Origin: Dehalococcoidia bacterium
GTDB taxonomy: Bacteria; Chloroflexota; Dehalococcoidia; Bin125
Length of the DNA: 64,000 nt
Assembly: GCA_965203775.1 (NCBI GenBank)
Contig: OZ241913.1
Span: forward strand, 1,081,390-1,145,389
Direction: 5' to 3'
The notes below the pieces were generated by a model that was not told the DNA's origin, did no database searches, and was given only the letters and a program-made list of their open reading frames with translations. Shown here piece by piece: positions 39,890 to 48,821 of the stretch (position 1 is its first letter; every line of letters starts with the position of its first letter). Both the position numbers and the translations under genes were made by a program.

Positions 39890-40147
39890 ATGCAGAGCAG
39901 CCTGATCTCCAAGATCGAGAAGGCCCGAATCTACGCGAGCGAGAGCGATCGCTTCCGCTTCACCGCGCTGCAGTGCGATGTGCGGGGGGACTCCACGACG
40001 CACACCGCCCAACTCGGTCCCGACGGCTGGAGCTGCGACTGCCTGTTCTTCGCCGAGTTCGGCACCTGCTCGCACACAATGGCCCTGGAGCGCCTGCTGG
40101 ACGAGATGCTCCCGGAGCGCTACCGCCCAGCAATACCAAGCGCCTGA
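39890..40147 (+). CDS. small SWIM zinc-finger-like protein (CxC..CxH)
   Basis: WSCDCLFFAEFGTCSHTMAL. GGAG SD 7 nt before the ATG. Confidence 0.5.
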   Translation: MQSSLISKIEKARIYASESDRFRFTALQCDVRGDSTTHTAQLGPDGWSCDCLFFAEFGTCSHTMALERLLDEMLPERYRPAIPSA

Positions 40148-40189
40148 GGGCGGTCAGGGCCTCCCAAGGCTGTGCCGCCTTGTAGGGGT

Positions 40190-41100
40190 TAGGGGCTTTA
40201 GAGGTTGTGCCGCCCCCCGTCACCCCCGCGCCCTCTCCCCGTCATTCCCGCACCCCCTCTCCGACATTCCTGCGCCCCCTCTCCGTCATTCCTGCGCAGG
40301 CAGGAACCCGCAACCTCCCAATCCCCGCCTCACCTCCCCTCTTCCCCAATTCATCCCTCCCCCCTTCCAGGGGGGAGGTTAGGTGGGGGGTGGAACGCCG
40401 CGAGCGCACACCAGTCACGCCCCGCCCCGAAAATCACCCACGCCACCCGCCCCCCCGTCATTCCCGCGCCCGCCCTCCCGTCATCCCCGCGCCTCTCCCG
40501 TCATTCCTGCGCCCCCTCTCCGTCATTCCTGCGCAGGCAGGAACCCGCAACCTCCCACCCCCCGCCTCACCTCCCCTCTTCCCCAATTCATCCCTCCCCC
40601 CTTCCAGGGGGGAGGTGAGGTGGGGGGTGGAACGCCGCGAGCGCACACCAGTCACGCCCCGCCCCGAAATCACCCACGCCACCCACCCCCCGTCATTCCC
40701 GCGCCCGCCCTCCCGTCATCCCCGCACCCCCTCTCCGACATTCCTGCGTCCCTCTTCCGTCATTCCTGCGCAGGCAGGAACCCACCCGCGCCCACCCCCC
40801 ACCTCACCTCCCCTCTTCCCCAATTCATCCCTCCCCCCTCCCAGGGGGGAGGTTAGGTGGGGGGTGGGACGTTGCGAGCGACTACCAGCGATCGTTCGCG
40901 CCCCACTCGCCCACGCTGCGCCTCGACCGCCACGCTGCCATCTCATCCACCGTCATTCCTGCGCAGGCAGGAATCCAGCGCGCCTGCGCTCCATTCCGTC
41001 ATTCCTGCGCAGGCAGGAACCCGCGCCCTCCTCCCCGTCATTCAGGCCACTCTCTTTCCGTCATTCCTGCGCAGGCAGGAACCACCCCACACCCCCACTT
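40190..41100. repeat. composite REP-like array (3-4 A+B units)
   Basis: Repeated units near 40250-40400, 40490-40640, 40730-40870, 40940-41090. Confidence 0.9.
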
Positions 41101-41189
41101 CCCCCAAATCCTGCTACACTCACACTAGAACAGGAGTGCCGAACCATGCCTCTCTCCCCACAACACCGCCGCCCCTCCCTCCACGTCGA

Positions 41190-41300
41190 CGCCGTCAACC
41201 CCAACCTTGCCAACGCTGACCAAAACTTGACAGAGGTTGACACCAGGTTGACAAAAGTTGACAAGGGTTGACAAAAGTTGACACCGTCAACCCCTACCCC
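41190..41300 (+). promoter_or_regulatory. phased array of six direct GTTGACA repeats (10-11 bp period) flanked by inverted GTCAAC copies; iteron/operator-like
   Basis: AACTTGACAGAGGTTGACACCAGGTTGACAAAAGTTGACAAGGGTTGACAAAAGTTGACACCGTCAACCCC. GTCGAC and GCCGTCAAC lie upstream, GCGTCAAC..TGTCAAC downstream. Confidence 0.5.
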
Positions 41301-41628
41301 CACCCCAAACCCCAGCAAAACACAGCAAAACCGCAGCCACACCCACCACCCCGACACCCCCAGCGTCAACCTGCGCTGTCAACCCCTCCGACACACCCCG
41401 AACAACCCTGAACAAATCCGAACAACCCTGAACAAACCCGAACACCGCCGAACGCCCCGACCAGATAGGGAGCACCCCCAAATCACCCCCCAACACCCCC
41501 AAAAAAACAAACCCCGAACACCCTCTGCGCCGCCCGCCCGCGCGGTTCCTGCCTGCGCAGGAATGACGGAACGGGGGGCGCAGGGCATGACGGTTGGGGG
41601 GTGGCGGGGAGAGGAGCGTGAACAGGCG

Positions 41629-42105
41629 CTAGACGCCGGCGGTTTTGCGCCAGGCGCGGATGTCGGCCGTGTGCATGATGTCGTGCTCGATCAGGGCGTC
41701 GACGACGTCGTTGGGGCTGAGGCAGTCGGCCCCGAAGTCGTAGCAGGGCTGCTCCCGCTCGTCGTCGGTCTGGGCGCGGAGGCGGCGGGCGAGTTCCTCC
41801 GTGGAATTGCTCAGCGCGCTGAGCAGCTCGGGCAGCCCGCGATCGGCCCAGCTGCCCGGCACTGCGCCGTTCATCTCGTGCTCTTTGGGAAATTCGCCGA
41901 TTGGCTCGCCGCGGTCGTAGCGGTTCAGGACGCCGAGCAGCCAGGCGTCCCACGCGGTGAGGTGGGCGAGGCATTCGCGGATGCTCCAGACGCCGACCAC
42001 GTTGGGCTCGTCGTAGGTCTGCTCGGGCAGGTCGGCGGCCGCCTCGATCAGGCAGCGGCGGCTTTCCTCCAGGTCGATCGTTTCGCTTCGGGCTTCCGTA
42101 GTCAT
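41629..42105 (-). CDS. DinB_2 family protein
   Basis: WSIRECLAHLTAWDAWLLGVL ... HDIMHTADI. Confidence 0.65.
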   Translation of the reverse strand: MTTEARSETIDLEESRRCLIEAAADLPEQTYDEPNVVGVWSIRECLAHLTAWDAWLLGVLNRYDRGEPIGEFPKEHEMNGAVPGSWADRGLPELLSALSNSTEELARRLRAQTDDEREQPCYDFGADCLSPNDVVDALIEHDIMHTADIRAWRKTAGV

Positions 42106-42391
42106 GGCGTGTCCTGGGCAAGTTCTGGATTGGGGATCGAAATCGGGAATGCGCGGCCAGGGCCGCGGCGCGGGTCGCGCACTGCAACACAGTTGGGTTA
42201 ACGCTAGCCAAGCGGCGCCGCGGGTTTGCGTAGCCTGCGCTACAGAGCAGCGCGGGCGCGGGCGCTCGCTTGACGCTCAGGCGAGGCGCTAGATAGCCTG
42301 CGCACTTGGCGCCGCCGTCGTGGGGCCGTCGCATCGTGGCCGCTCCCGCGCGCCAGATCCGCCCCACCTTGCGCCCGAATGCTGGAGACGC

Positions 42392-43000
42392 ATGCGCTCT
42401 ATCGGACTCACGGGCGGGATCGCCTCGGGCAAATCCACGGTGGTCGGACTCCTCCAGGAGTTCGGGGCGGCGACGATCGACGCCGACAAGCTGGGACACC
42501 AAACCTACGAACCGGGCACGGACACGTTCCGCGCCGTGGTCGCCGCGTTCGGCGACGAGCTGGTCGCCGCCGACGGCACAATTGACCGTCGCGTGCTGGG
42601 CGGCAAGGTGTTCGGCAAGCCCGAGGAGCTGAAGCGGCTGACCGACATCGTCTGGCCGGGCATCCGCGCGCTGGCGGCCGCCGAGCTTGAGCGGCTCGCC
42701 GCAGCTGGGCAGACGGAAGTCGCCGTGCTGGAAGCGGCGGTGCTGATCGAGGCCGAGTGGCAGGATCTGGTGGATGAGGTCTGGGTGGTGTCCGTCTCGC
42801 CGCAGGCGGCGCGGGAACGGCTGATGGCGCGTAACAACATGAGCGCGGAGGACGCGGACGCGCGGATCAACTCCCAACTGAGCAACGACGAGCGGCTCGA
42901 GCACGCCGATGTGGTGATCGACACCGATTGCCCGCTGGAGGAAGTGCGCGGGCGCGTTGAGGCCGCCTGGGCCGAGCTCGGGCGGCGCAATGCCGACTGA
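42392..43000 (+). CDS. coaE: dephospho-CoA kinase
   Basis: IGLTGGIASGKST P-loop. GGAG SD before the ATG at 42392. Confidence 0.85.
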   Translation: MRSIGLTGGIASGKSTVVGLLQEFGAATIDADKLGHQTYEPGTDTFRAVVAAFGDELVAADGTIDRRVLGGKVFGKPEELKRLTDIVWPGIRALAAAELERLAAAGQTEVAVLEAAVLIEAEWQDLVDEVWVVSVSPQAARERLMARNNMSAEDADARINSQLSNDERLEHADVVIDTDCPLEEVRGRVEAAWAELGRRNAD

Positions 43001-43075
43001 GCCGACCAGGCCGACTGAGCCGACCGGGCCAACTGGACGGCAGGCAAGCGGATCGCAGCAGCGAGGGGACCATCG

Positions 43076-43972
43076 ATGACCACCGCAACCGAACCGATCA
43101 CCGAATACCGCTCCTGGGCGGTCGAGGAGTTTCGCCTCGAAGAAGAGCCCTACTACGTCCCCGTGAAGGACGAGGTGGAGGTCTTTCAGTCGGCCTGGAA
43201 CAGCAAGATCCCGGTGCTGCTCAAGGGCCCGACGGGCTGCGGCAAGACGCGCTTCGTGGAGTACATGGCCTATCACCTCAACCGCCCGCTGGCGGTGATG
43301 CGCGACGGCAAAGCGGAAATCGAGTCGGAGTCGAATCTGCCGCTGGTCACGGTCGCCTGCCACGAAGACCTGACGGCGAGCGACCTCGTGGGCCGCTACC
43401 TGCTCGAGGGCAACGAGACGGTCTGGATCGACGGGCCGCTGACCCGGGCGGTGAAGGCGGGCGCGATCTGCTACCTGGACGAGGTGGTGGAGGCGCGCAA
43501 GGACACGACGGTTCTGATCCACCCGCTGACGGACCACCGCCGAATCCTGCCGGTGGAGAAAAAGTCGCAACTGCTGCAGGCGCGCGACGGCTTTCTGCTG
43601 GTGATCTCCTTCAACCCGGGCTACCAGAGCGCGCTGAAGGACTTGAAGCAGAGCACGCGGCAGCGGTTCGTGGCGATCGAGTTCGACTACCCGCCGCGCG
43701 AGACCGAAGCGGAGATCGTGCGGCACGAGTCGGGCTGCGACCCGGAGACGGCGCTGAACCTGGCCAAGATGGCGGAGAAGATTCGCAACCTGCGCGAGCA
43801 CGGCCTGGCCGAGGGCGCGAGCACCCGGCTGCTGATCTACGCGGGGCGGATGATCACCCAGGGCGTCTCCCCGCGGCGGGCCTGCCAGGTCTCGATCGTC
43901 TGGCCGCTGACCGACGACGGCGAGATCCAGCGCAGCATCGAAGAGGTCGTGTCCTCGATCTTCGAGGACTAG
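43076..43972 (+). CDS. CbbQ/NirQ/NorQ/GpvN-family MoxR-type AAA+ ATPase
   Basis: Walker [12 protein letters not shown], Walker B ICYLDEV, 298 aa. Confidence 0.8.
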   Translation: MTTATEPITEYRSWAVEEFRLEEEPYYVPVKDEVEVFQSAWNSKIPVLLKGPTGCGKTRFVEYMAYHLNRPLAVMRDGKAEIESESNLPLVTVACHEDLTASDLVGRYLLEGNETVWIDGPLTRAVKAGAICYLDEVVEARKDTTVLIHPLTDHRRILPVEKKSQLLQARDGFLLVISFNPGYQSALKDLKQSTRQRFVAIEFDYPPRETEAEIVRHESGCDPETALNLAKMAEKIRNLREHGLAEGASTRLLIYAGRMITQGVSPRRACQVSIVWPLTDDGEIQRSIEEVVSSIFED

Positions 43973-43997
43973 ACGCGGACGGGCGGGAGGTTCGGGC

Positions 43998-44576
43998 GTG
44001 CGTCTGGGCATCGTGAGCGACATCCACTGCAACATCGCGGCGCTGGACCGGGCGGTCGAGCAGATGGGCGAGATCGACGAACTGCTCTGCGCGGGCGACG
44101 CCTGCTACCAGTACCGCTTCTCCAACGAGGTGGCCGAGCGGCTGCGCGAACTGGGCGGCCGCTACGTGCTGGGCAACCACGAGGAGATCCTGCTCAGCGA
44201 GGCGGGCGCGCGCGCGCAGGCCTCGGAAACGGTCAACCGCGAACTGCTCGAGTGGACCCGGCAGCAGCCCCAGATCATCCGCTGCGAGGTGGGCGGGAAG
44301 CGCCTGCTGATGTTCCACGCCACGCCCTGGGCGCCCTACCGCGACTACCTGTTCCCCCACGATCCGCAGCTGGAACGGCTGGCGGAGGAAGAGGCGGACT
44401 TCATCATCTACGGGCACACCCACGCGCCGCTGGTGCGGCGAATCGGGCGCGCGCTGGTGATCAACCCCGGCTCGGCGGGGGAAGCGCGGGGCGTAGAGCG
44501 CAGCCTCACCTATGCTGTATTGGATACGGCCGCCGACGCGGCCACAATCGAGCAGATCGTCGTCGACGCGCCGTAA
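43998..44576 (+). CDS. calcineurin-like metallophosphoesterase (YfcE-type)
   Basis: GIVSDIHCN ... GDA ... GNHE ... GHTH motifs. Confidence 0.75.
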   Translation: MRLGIVSDIHCNIAALDRAVEQMGEIDELLCAGDACYQYRFSNEVAERLRELGGRYVLGNHEEILLSEAGARAQASETVNRELLEWTRQQPQIIRCEVGGKRLLMFHATPWAPYRDYLFPHDPQLERLAEEEADFIIYGHTHAPLVRRIGRALVINPGSAGEARGVERSLTYAVLDTAADAATIEQIVVDAP

Positions 44577-44614
44577 GCCGGCGGCGGCCCTGCCCACCCT
44601 CTGGACGGATGCCG

Positions 44615-47600
44615 ATGACCGATCGATCTACTTCCGAGTCGCCGCTGGAGACGGCGCGAGAGGCGCTGCGCGCCTTTCCGCCCGCCCTGAGCCAGGAATT
44701 CGAGTCCGCCGTTGAAGCGGTGCAGCCCGTGCTGGAGCCGGACGAATTCGCCGGCTGGATCGAGACGGGCCTGCAGGTCGCGCGGCACTCGCTGCGCTCC
44801 TGGGAGGCCGCCTCGGAGTACTTCCGCGGCAGCGGGCCGATGCTGGAGCAGGTGACCTACGAGCGAATGCGCGAGTGGTGCGATGTGGGCGTGGGGCTGA
44901 TGGATACCTCGCCGGCGCTGGCCGGGGCGCTGTTCCGCGCGAGCCCGCAGGTGCTGCCGCACCTCGCCGTGGCGCAAGCGCCCGACTGGGCCTCGCAGGG
45001 GCAATCCCTCTACAAGGGAACCTGGAAGTCCGGCTCGCTCTCGGCCCAGTACTTCGATGTCAGCCCGCAGGTGCTGCCGCACCTGCCGCTGAGCCAGATG
45101 CGGCTGCTGGTCGAACTGATCGACTCGCTGGCGAGCCACTCGTATGAGCTGGCCAGCGCCTGCCTGGGGATGGCGCCGACGGTGCTGGGTCAGCTCGAGC
45201 GCAGCGATCGCGCGCCGTTCCTGGAGTTCGGCGGAATCGTGGCGCACACGGCCTGGGTGGACGCCCGGGTCTACTTCGAGCGCGGTCCGGTCGCGCTACA
45301 GCAGATCAACGCGGAGCAGCGCGGGCGCTACCTGGGTCTGGCCGGGCAGGTGGCGCTGAAGGTGGGGCGGCTGGGCCACCCCTATTTCATCGAGTCGGCG
45401 CAGGCGCTCTCGGAGGTCGACCGCGACCTGCACGAGGGTCTGCTCGAGCTGTCGGAGCAGCTCGCGCCGCACTCGGGCGACGCGGCCATGGAGTTCCTCA
45501 AGTCCAGCCCGCGCGTCGTGCAGCGGCTGAGCATCGACGACATCGCGCGCTGGCAGGACTTCGGGCTCAACATCCTGCAGCAGAGCGTGGACGGCGGCGA
45601 GGCGTTCTTCCGGCTCGAGTCGACGCGCGGCGAAGAGGTGATGGAGGCGCTCTCGGCGCGGGTGGATCTGGATCGCGTCTCGGAGCTGATCCGGATGTAC
45701 TGCAAGGCGCTGACCGGCGTGGATGTGGGGATCAAGTCGTCGGAGGAGCTGGCCTCAAAGGGCGTGGGCTGGGTCGACGAAAGCAGCCCGACCACGGAGG
45801 GAACGACGATCTACCTGCCGGACATGGTCGAGCGCTACGCGAGCAAGGACGACAATTTCAGCGTTTACAAGGTGTTCGCGACGCACCAGGCCGGGCGGCT
45901 GGAGTTCGGCTCGTTCGAATACGACCAGCAGCGCTCGCCCCGCGTCTTCGAGCCGCAGGCGAACGGACAGGGCGCGAGCGTGAGCAGCGGCAACGGCGCC
46001 GCGCCGACCGGCGTTGCCGGAGAGACGCCTGAGGGAGCCGAGCAGGCGGAGATCCACACGGACATGGAGCGCTTCTTCGACCGCTTCGGCGACCGGCGGC
46101 TGGCCCACGATCTGTTCACAATCGTGGAGGACACGCGAATCGACACGATCGTCAAGCGGGAGTACGCCGGCGTGCGGCGCGCGCTGAACCGCCTGCAGCA
46201 GGCCGCCGCGGAGCAGCGGCGGCCGGTCGAAAACATGCCGGCCCGACAGGCGATGGTGGAAAACCTGCTGCGCGCCAGCCTCGACGACGCCGGCCGAATC
46301 CGCTGGCCCTCCGAGCTGGGCGAGCAACTGCGCGTCCCGCTGCGAATCCTCAACCAGATCCGCCAGGAAGGCGCGACCGTTGAGGACTCGGCGGCGGCCA
46401 CCCAGATGCTCTACGAGTGGGTCGCCCAGGTGCCCAATGTCGAGCTGGACGCCGAGGACTGGAGCGAGTTCGAGGATCCGCCGATGGCCGGCGAGCAGGA
46501 AGAGGGCGACGCGGATCTGATGCCGGGCAGCGGCTCGAGCGGGCTCGAAGAGTCGTTCATGCCGTTCATGCCGGGCAGCGAGGAGCGCCCCTACGACAGC
46601 CCCGAGCCGGTTGACTTCCGCGGCGATTTCAAGCCCGAACTGGTCCAACTGCTGATGAAGCTGAAGGGCGAGACGGGCACGGGCGACGCGCCGCCGATCC
46701 CCCTCTCCAAAGAACAGCTGCAGGAACTGCTCGAGAAGAGCGTGGAGATCTCGATCAACGAGCTGATGGACATGGACCTGGCCGAGTCCTCGGGCATGTT
46801 CCTGGACAACCTGCTCAAAGAGGTCAACAGCGTGCAGGGCGACCGCCCCGAAGGCCAGCAGGCGATGGGCGACGACAGCACCGGCGCGGACGACGGCGAG
46901 GAGCTGCCCGTCGAGGCGCAGTCCTTCTACTACGACGAGTGGGACTTCCGCGCGGCCGACTACAAGCCCCGCTGGTGCCGCGTGCAGGAGCAGCGCGGCG
47001 AGGTCGGCGACGTGGGCTACTACCAGGAGACGCTCCACGACCACGCCCAGCTGGTGCAGGAAACGCGCAAGCAGTTCGAGATGCTGCGCCCGGAACTCTT
47101 CCGCAAAATGAAGCGGCTGACCGACGGCGAGGACTACGACCTCGACGCCGTGATCGAGTGGTACACCGAGAAGATCGCCGGGGCCACGACGGAAACGAAG
47201 CTCTTCTACCGCCGCAACAAGGTGGAGCGCGATGTGGCCGTGGCCTTCCTGCTGGACGTCTCGGCCAGCACCGACGAGGAGATCCAGAAGCATCAGGACC
47301 GGCGGCAGGACGATCAGTTCGACGACGATCCGCGCAAATACCTCTCGTGGTGGGCGCAGCGTCGGGCCGAGGCCGCGCGGCACCCGGGCAAGCGAATCAT
47401 CGACCTCGAAAAGGAAGCGGTGGTGCTGCTGATCGAAGCGCTGGAGGCGATCGGCGACAAGTACGGCGTCTACGGCTTCAGCGGCTACGGGCGCGACAAC
47501 GTCGAGTTCTTCGTCTACAAGGACATGGACGAGCCCTTCGGCGACCGGACCAAGGAGCGGATCGACAAAATCGCGCCCGTGCGCTCGACGCGGATGGGCC

Positions 47601-47917
47601 CCGCGATTCGGCACTGCATCTGGAAGCTGCAGAACACCGACGCGAAGGTGAAGATCCTGATGCTGCTCTCCGACGGGCGGCCCCAGGACCACGGCTACGG
47701 GCGGGACCGAACGGAAAAGGAATACGCAATTCACGACACCAAGATGGCGCTGACCGAGGCGCGGCGCGAGGGCATGGTGCCGTTCGCGCTGACCGTCGAC
47801 CGGGCCGGGCACGACTACCTGAAGCAAATGTGCCAGGACATGGCCTACGAGGTGGTCGCCGACATCGAGTCGCTCCCGCGCCGCCTGCCGGCGCTCTACC
47901 GCCGGCTGACGGGCTGA
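44615..47917 (+). CDS. large (1100 aa) CbbO/NorD-like protein with C-terminal von Willebrand factor A domain
   Basis: C-terminal vWA with MIDAS LLDVSASTDE ... ILMLLSDGRPQD. ATG at 44615-44617. The upstream extension overlaps the phosphoesterase gene and is rejected. Confidence 0.7.
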   Translation: MTDRSTSESPLETAREALRAFPPALSQEFESAVEAVQPVLEPDEFAGWIETGLQVARHSLRSWEAASEYFRGSGPMLEQVTYERMREWCDVGVGLMDTSPALAGALFRASPQVLPHLAVAQAPDWASQGQSLYKGTWKSGSLSAQYFDVSPQVLPHLPLSQMRLLVELIDSLASHSYELASACLGMAPTVLGQLERSDRAPFLEFGGIVAHTAWVDARVYFERGPVALQQINAEQRGRYLGLAGQVALKVGRLGHPYFIESAQALSEVDRDLHEGLLELSEQLAPHSGDAAMEFLKSSPRVVQRLSIDDIARWQDFGLNILQQSVDGGEAFFRLESTRGEEVMEALSARVDLDRVSELIRMYCKALTGVDVGIKSSEELASKGVGWVDESSPTTEGTTIYLPDMVERYASKDDNFSVYKVFATHQAGRLEFGSFEYDQQRSPRVFEPQANGQGASVSSGNGAAPTGVAGETPEGAEQAEIHTDMERFFDRFGDRRLAHDLFTIVEDTRIDTIVKREYAGVRRALNRLQQAAAEQRRPVENMPARQAMVENLLRASLDDAGRIRWPSELGEQLRVPLRILNQIRQEGATVEDSAAATQMLYEWVAQVPNVELDAEDWSEFEDPPMAGEQEEGDADLMPGSGSSGLEESFMPFMPGSEERPYDSPEPVDFRGDFKPELVQLLMKLKGETGTGDAPPIPLSKEQLQELLEKSVEISINELMDMDLAESSGMFLDNLLKEVNSVQGDRPEGQQAMGDDSTGADDGEELPVEAQSFYYDEWDFRAADYKPRWCRVQEQRGEVGDVGYYQETLHDHAQLVQETRKQFEMLRPELFRKMKRLTDGEDYDLDAVIEWYTEKIAGATTETKLFYRRNKVERDVAVAFLLDVSASTDEEIQKHQDRRQDDQFDDDPRKYLSWWAQRRAEAARHPGKRIIDLEKEAVVLLIEALEAIGDKYGVYGFSGYGRDNVEFFVYKDMDEPFGDRTKERIDKIAPVRSTRMGPAIRHCIWKLQNTDAKVKILMLLSDGRPQDHGYGRDRTEKEYAIHDTKMALTEARREGMVPFALTVDRAGHDYLKQMCQDMAYEVVADIESLPRRLPALYRRLTG

Positions 47918-47921
47918 GCCC

Positions 47922-48254
47922 GTGCAACTGATCGGGGCCGGGCTGACTGTCGCCTCCCTGGCCGCGGCGATCGCCGCCGTGCTGCTGGGCGCGGCCTCGA
48001 CCAATCTCTATCTGGGCGCGGCAATCGCCGCCGGGGCGGGCACGGCGCTGTTCGCCGCGCAGCTAATTCACAGCCGCGCGGAGCTGTCGGCCTGGAGCGC
48101 GGTCGCGCCGCTCGGCGTGGCGCTGGGGCTGCTCGGCGTAGCGGCGAGCGGCGCCTCGTGCGGAGTGGCCTGCCTGGCGGTCGGCGCCCCGCTGGCCGGG
48201 CTGGCGCTGTACGCGCCGGAGCTCAATCTGCGGCTGCGCTCGGTCTTCCGCTAA
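47922..48254 (+). CDS. small Ala/Gly-rich membrane protein (about 3 TM helices)
   Basis: Hydrophobic composition. Immediately follows the vWA gene. Confidence 0.45.
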   Translation: MQLIGAGLTVASLAAAIAAVLLGAASTNLYLGAAIAAGAGTALFAAQLIHSRAELSAWSAVAPLGVALGLLGVAASGASCGVACLAVGAPLAGLALYAPELNLRLRSVFR

Positions 48255-48279
48255 CCGCGGGATTTGCTACTCTGGCGGC

Positions 48280-48711
48280 ATGGTCACTCTCGATCGACTT
48301 CCGATGCGCGATGTGCTCGTTGAGCAGCTCGACTGGGCGGAGGACGACGCGCGGGCGTTCTTGGATGTCCTCTTTGCGCCGGTGGAGAATCTGGCGACCA
48401 AGGACGATGTTGAGGCGGTCCGCGTGGAGCTACTCGCCGCTCGTGAGGAGCTCCTCACGGTTCGCAATGAGCTGCGCGGGGAGATCAATGGCGTCCGCGA
48501 TGAGCTGCGCGGCGACATCAACGGGGTTCGCGACGATCTGAAGCAATACATAGACCAACGTCTCGCCGAGCTGGCGAAGCAGCAAGACGAGCGCGAGCGT
48601 CGCATATACGCCGAGGTCAGATCGATGGTTCGCGCAGCCGAGGTGCGCATGCTGCTGCTGTTCACCGGAGGTTTTGGCACCGTGATCGGCCTTCTGCTCG
48701 AGCGGACCTAA
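48280..48711 (+). CDS. coiled-coil protein with C-terminal TM helix (DUF1640-like); internal NELRGEINGVRDELRGDINGVRDDL repeats
   Basis: Heptad-like repeats followed by a hydrophobic C-terminus LLLFTGGFGTVIGLLL. Confidence 0.5.
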   Translation: MVTLDRLPMRDVLVEQLDWAEDDARAFLDVLFAPVENLATKDDVEAVRVELLAAREELLTVRNELRGEINGVRDELRGDINGVRDDLKQYIDQRLAELAKQQDERERRIYAEVRSMVRAAEVRMLLLFTGGFGTVIGLLLERT

Positions 48712-48740
48712 GGAGGCGAAAGCGCCGCCGCAAGCTGTGC

Positions 48741-48821
48741 GCTGGTGTAGAGTTTCACTCATGCGACGCGACTCCCACACCCCGACCACCCTCCAACGCG
48801 CCTGCCGCGCGTTGGCGGCGC
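48741..48821 (+). promoter_or_regulatory. leader of RCC1-like paralog 3 (related to 13441-13522)
   Basis: Shares the ...CAACGCGCC.GCCGCGCG(TT/GC)GGCGGCGCTTGCCCGATCGG 3' half with the other two leaders. Confidence 0.3.

Noticed and set aside
44252-44614. Upstream extension of the vWA gene to 44252 (1221 aa)
   Set aside because: The extension overlaps the metallophosphoesterase gene in another frame and is Arg/Gly-rich. The ATG at 44615 lies just after the phosphoesterase stop and begins a plausible N-terminus (MTDRSTSESPLETAREALRAF).
43076-47917. Interpreting CbbQ/CbbO homologues as Rubisco activase
   Set aside because: No cbbL, cbbS or other Calvin-cycle genes are in the window and a phosphoesterase is inserted between the pair. 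Only the family assignment is kept, not the Rubisco-specific function.
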